Shown here: piece after piece, positions 61,953 to 64,000 of the stretch | Numbering within the stretch: the first letter of the stretch is position 1 | How the letters are laid out: every line of letters starts with the position of its first letter | Assembly: GCA_021813945.1 (NCBI GenBank) | Contig: JAKAJD010000001.1 | Span: forward strand, 432,412-496,411 | Direction of reading: 5' to 3' | Length of the DNA: 64,000 nt | Origin: a bacterium | GTDB lineage: Bacteria > Patescibacteriota > Microgenomatia > Curtissbacterales > GWA2-41-24 | The notes under the pieces: generated by a model | What the model saw: only the letters and a program-made list of their open reading frames with translations | The model's database searches: none | What the model was told of the DNA's origin: nothing | Made by a program: the position numbers and the translations under genes

Positions 61953-63065
61953 CTAGTGGTGAAACAACTTTAAAACGTCGTTGTAGGTGATAAGAACGAT
62001 AAGCCCTATCAAAAATGCAAATCCAACCGTATGCACCCATTTTTCAAAAGTGGCATTAGCTCGCCTTCTGGTGACAAGTTCAAAAACAATAAAAGCAAAG
62101 CGGCCACCATCCAAAGCCGGAATGGGTAAAATATTTAAAACGGCAAGGTTTAGAGAAAGAAGCCCAATAAGCTGCAAAACAGAAACGATTCCCAAGGAAA
62201 CCGCCTGTGATGTAATCTGCACAATTCCAACCGGTCCGGAAACATTTTCCGAAACAGGCGCAATTGTGTGTTCGCGCAAAGAGTAAGCAATTAGTTTTCC
62301 AAAAACCGTTACCGAATAATCAAAAGTGTTCCAGCTATGAATAAACCCTGCAAAAAGTTTTTGTGGCAAAGTTGTGTATTTTAGTGCAACAATTTCCCCT
62401 AGCTCCACTCCTAATGCGGGTGCTTTTACATCACTATTGTAAGTTGGTGTCACACTAACTCTCCTTTGACTGTTATTAACCGGATTTTCCAAAACCAACT
62501 CTACCGGCTTATTTTCCGAAGCACGAATCAAGGATTGCAGCTGCGATGTTGAAGTAATTTCTTGCCCGTTTACCGAAATAATGGCACTTCCGGCCTCAAT
62601 TCCCGCCTTTTGAGCTGCTGAGCCGGCAGAGACATCGGCAATCAAAACTTCGTTAGACTGGTTAACAAATGCAAACTTATGGTCAGCAATAAGCGGCAAA
62701 TTAACCTTAAACCCAAGAGCAAAAACAACTATGTAAAAAACGCCAACGGCTACCACAAAATTCATAAAAACGCCGGCAACAACAACAACCATTCGCTGCC
62801 AAATATTTTTTGTGTAAAAACTGTTTTTAGCATCTTTGTGCTTGTCGTCTACATCTTCACCGACAAGCCTCACAAAACCGCCAAAAGGAAGCCAATTTAA
62901 AGAATAAATTGTACCGCCAATTTTTTTGCCCCAAGCCCTTGGAGGTAGACCGAAACCGAATTCTTCAACTCCTATTCCCGACCTTTTGGCCATAATAAAA
63001 TGCCCAAATTCATGGATCATCACCAAAAATGAAAGTATCAGAATGAAAATAATAATCGACAACAT
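61953..63065 (-). CDS. rseP: Site-2 intramembrane metalloprotease with PDZ domain
   Basis: HEFGH, PFGGFV, NILPIPALDGG. Confidence 0.94.
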   Translation of the reverse strand: MLSIIIFILILSFLVMIHEFGHFIMAKRSGIGVEEFGFGLPPRAWGKKIGGTIYSLNWLPFGGFVRLVGEDVDDKHKDAKNSFYTKNIWQRMVVVVAGVFMNFVVAVGVFYIVVFALGFKVNLPLIADHKFAFVNQSNEVLIADVSAGSAAQKAGIEAGSAIISVNGQEITSTSQLQSLIRASENKPVELVLENPVNNSQRRVSVTPTYNSDVKAPALGVELGEIVALKYTTLPQKLFAGFIHSWNTFDYSVTVFGKLIAYSLREHTIAPVSENVSGPVGIVQITSQAVSLGIVSVLQLIGLLSLNLAVLNILPIPALDGGRFAFIVFELVTRRRANATFEKWVHTVGFAFLIGLIVLITYNDVLKLFHH

Positions 63066-63119
63066 TTTTACTATTTTATAGGAAGATTGCCCTTAAGTCG
63101 AACGGTAAGTTCTTGGAAG

Positions 63120-63668
63120 TTATATTTCTCGAAGCTGTTCTTCTTTCGCTTTACCTGCTACTTCTATTGCTTCAACGTACTCGTCATGAAGTTTTTGCAG
63201 CTCCCCTTCCAACCTTTTTTCCTCGTCTTCGGAAATTGCACCGGAATCCTGTTGGTCTTTTAATGACTCCCTCGCTTCGTGCCTAATCTGACGAACCTGC
63301 ACCCTATACTGCTCAAGCGTTGCGTGCATTTGCTTTATAAACTGCTCTCTTCGCTCTGCTGTCAAAGGAGGAATAACAATCCGAATCAAATCACCGTCGA
63401 TAACCGCATTCAGCCCGATATTTGCTTTTGTAATTCCGCCAACAACATTTGTGATAATCGACTTATCCCAAGGAGAAATCAAAATAACAGTTGGCTCGGG
63501 AGTAGATATATTGGCAAGCTCTTTGACCATAAGCTTGCTGTCGTATGCATCGCAGACAATGTCCGAAACCAAAGCAGAATTAGCTCTCCCCGTCCTAATC
63601 TGGGCCAGCTCCGTTTTAAGATGCGCTACCGCATCCTGCATTTTCAATTGGGCTTCGGTTATATCCAT
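63120..63668 (-). CDS. frr: Ribosome recycling factor
   Basis: IRTGRA, PPLTAERR, ISEDE. Confidence 0.95.
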   Translation of the reverse strand: MDITEAQLKMQDAVAHLKTELAQIRTGRANSALVSDIVCDAYDSKLMVKELANISTPEPTVILISPWDKSIITNVVGGITKANIGLNAVIDGDLIRIVIPPLTAERREQFIKQMHATLEQYRVQVRQIRHEARESLKDQQDSGAISEDEEKRLEGELQKLHDEYVEAIEVAGKAKEEQLREI

Positions 63669-63865
63669 TACACACCTCTACTTTTAACACAATTAATATC
63701 AAATATCACCTCTGTCAACCTAGTTGAAAAAACTTCTTCCGCCTCAACATCGCCCTTTGCGATTGCTAAAGCAATCCCCTGCACGTAAGCATCTTCGTGT
63801 GTCCGTAAATCTTTCAAACGTGCTTCTTGAATAATTGCGAGGGTTTCGCTACTTTCCAAAATCAT
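63668..63865 (-). CDS. Small hypothetical protein
   Basis: 65-aa ORF coupled to frr (TAATG). Confidence 0.45.
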   Translation of the reverse strand: MILESSETLAIIQEARLKDLRTHEDAYVQGIALAIAKGDVEAEEVFSTRLTEVIFDINCVKSRGV

Positions 63866-63900
63866 AATTCTGATTGGAACTTTTGCATCATCTAATCATA

Positions 63901-64000
63901 TTATCTTCCAGACCAGCTAAGACGTGGTGCGCCTGCTAAATCAGCATGATCAACGGTCGGCCTAGCTTCTAATCGCCTCAAAGTTTGGTAAATTCCATCC
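63901..64000 (-). CDS. 3' end of an upstream CDS (partial)
   Basis: Open frame ...DGIYQTLRRLEARPTVDHADLAGAPRLSWSGR* ending at 63901. Confidence 0.35.
   Translation of the reverse strand, partial: DGIYQTLRRLEARPTVDHADLAGAPRLSWSGR

Noticed and set aside
61840-62040. 66-aa ORF between rseP and proS, and the 61-aa ORF at 34765-34950
   Set aside because: The first overlaps rseP and repeat DNA, the second overlaps promoter/hairpin DNA; neither has a coding signature.
1-64000. Alternative genetic code, tRNA/rRNA genes or transposases
   Set aside because: Conserved genes end at TGA/TAA/TAG at expected lengths; I recognised no tRNA, rRNA or transposase motifs by eye (tRNAscan/Infernal would be decisive).

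Overview
Bacterial chromosome segment (standard code 11, most genes on the - strand). Gene content and style (compact housekeeping genes, PPIase-less trigger factor, short ProRS, many orphan ORFs, mostly -10-box-proximal starts) point to a Patescibacteria/CPR genome, probably Microgenomates (inference). Contents: an MprF-like aminoacyltransferase; a Wzm/Wzt surface-glycan operon with a glutamine-dependent NAD synthetase in its middle; an island with an OmpR-type two-component system, a MacAB-type transporter and an ApbE/FMN-binding/RnfD-FNR flavinylation module, whose three promoters share a TTAAG-N6-CTCAG box; two ECF sigma factors; oxidative pentose-phosphate genes; a Doc toxin-antitoxin pair; and core genes (ddl, cysS, recR, ybaB, dnaX, ybeY, rpsU, tig, proS, rseP, frr). 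The main non-coding signals are a 13-bp palindromic repeat (AAGGYCAGGYCTT, 13 copies in 6 intergenic loci, four inverted doublets spaced 21-22 nt), 7-bp-period tracts (two in-frame in dnaX and tig), and several structured leaders. I saw no rRNA, tRNA, CRISPR array or transposase. All calls come from reading motifs by eye; no searches were run. Some start codons were moved downstream of the ORF-track start where a -10 box or an overlap supports it.
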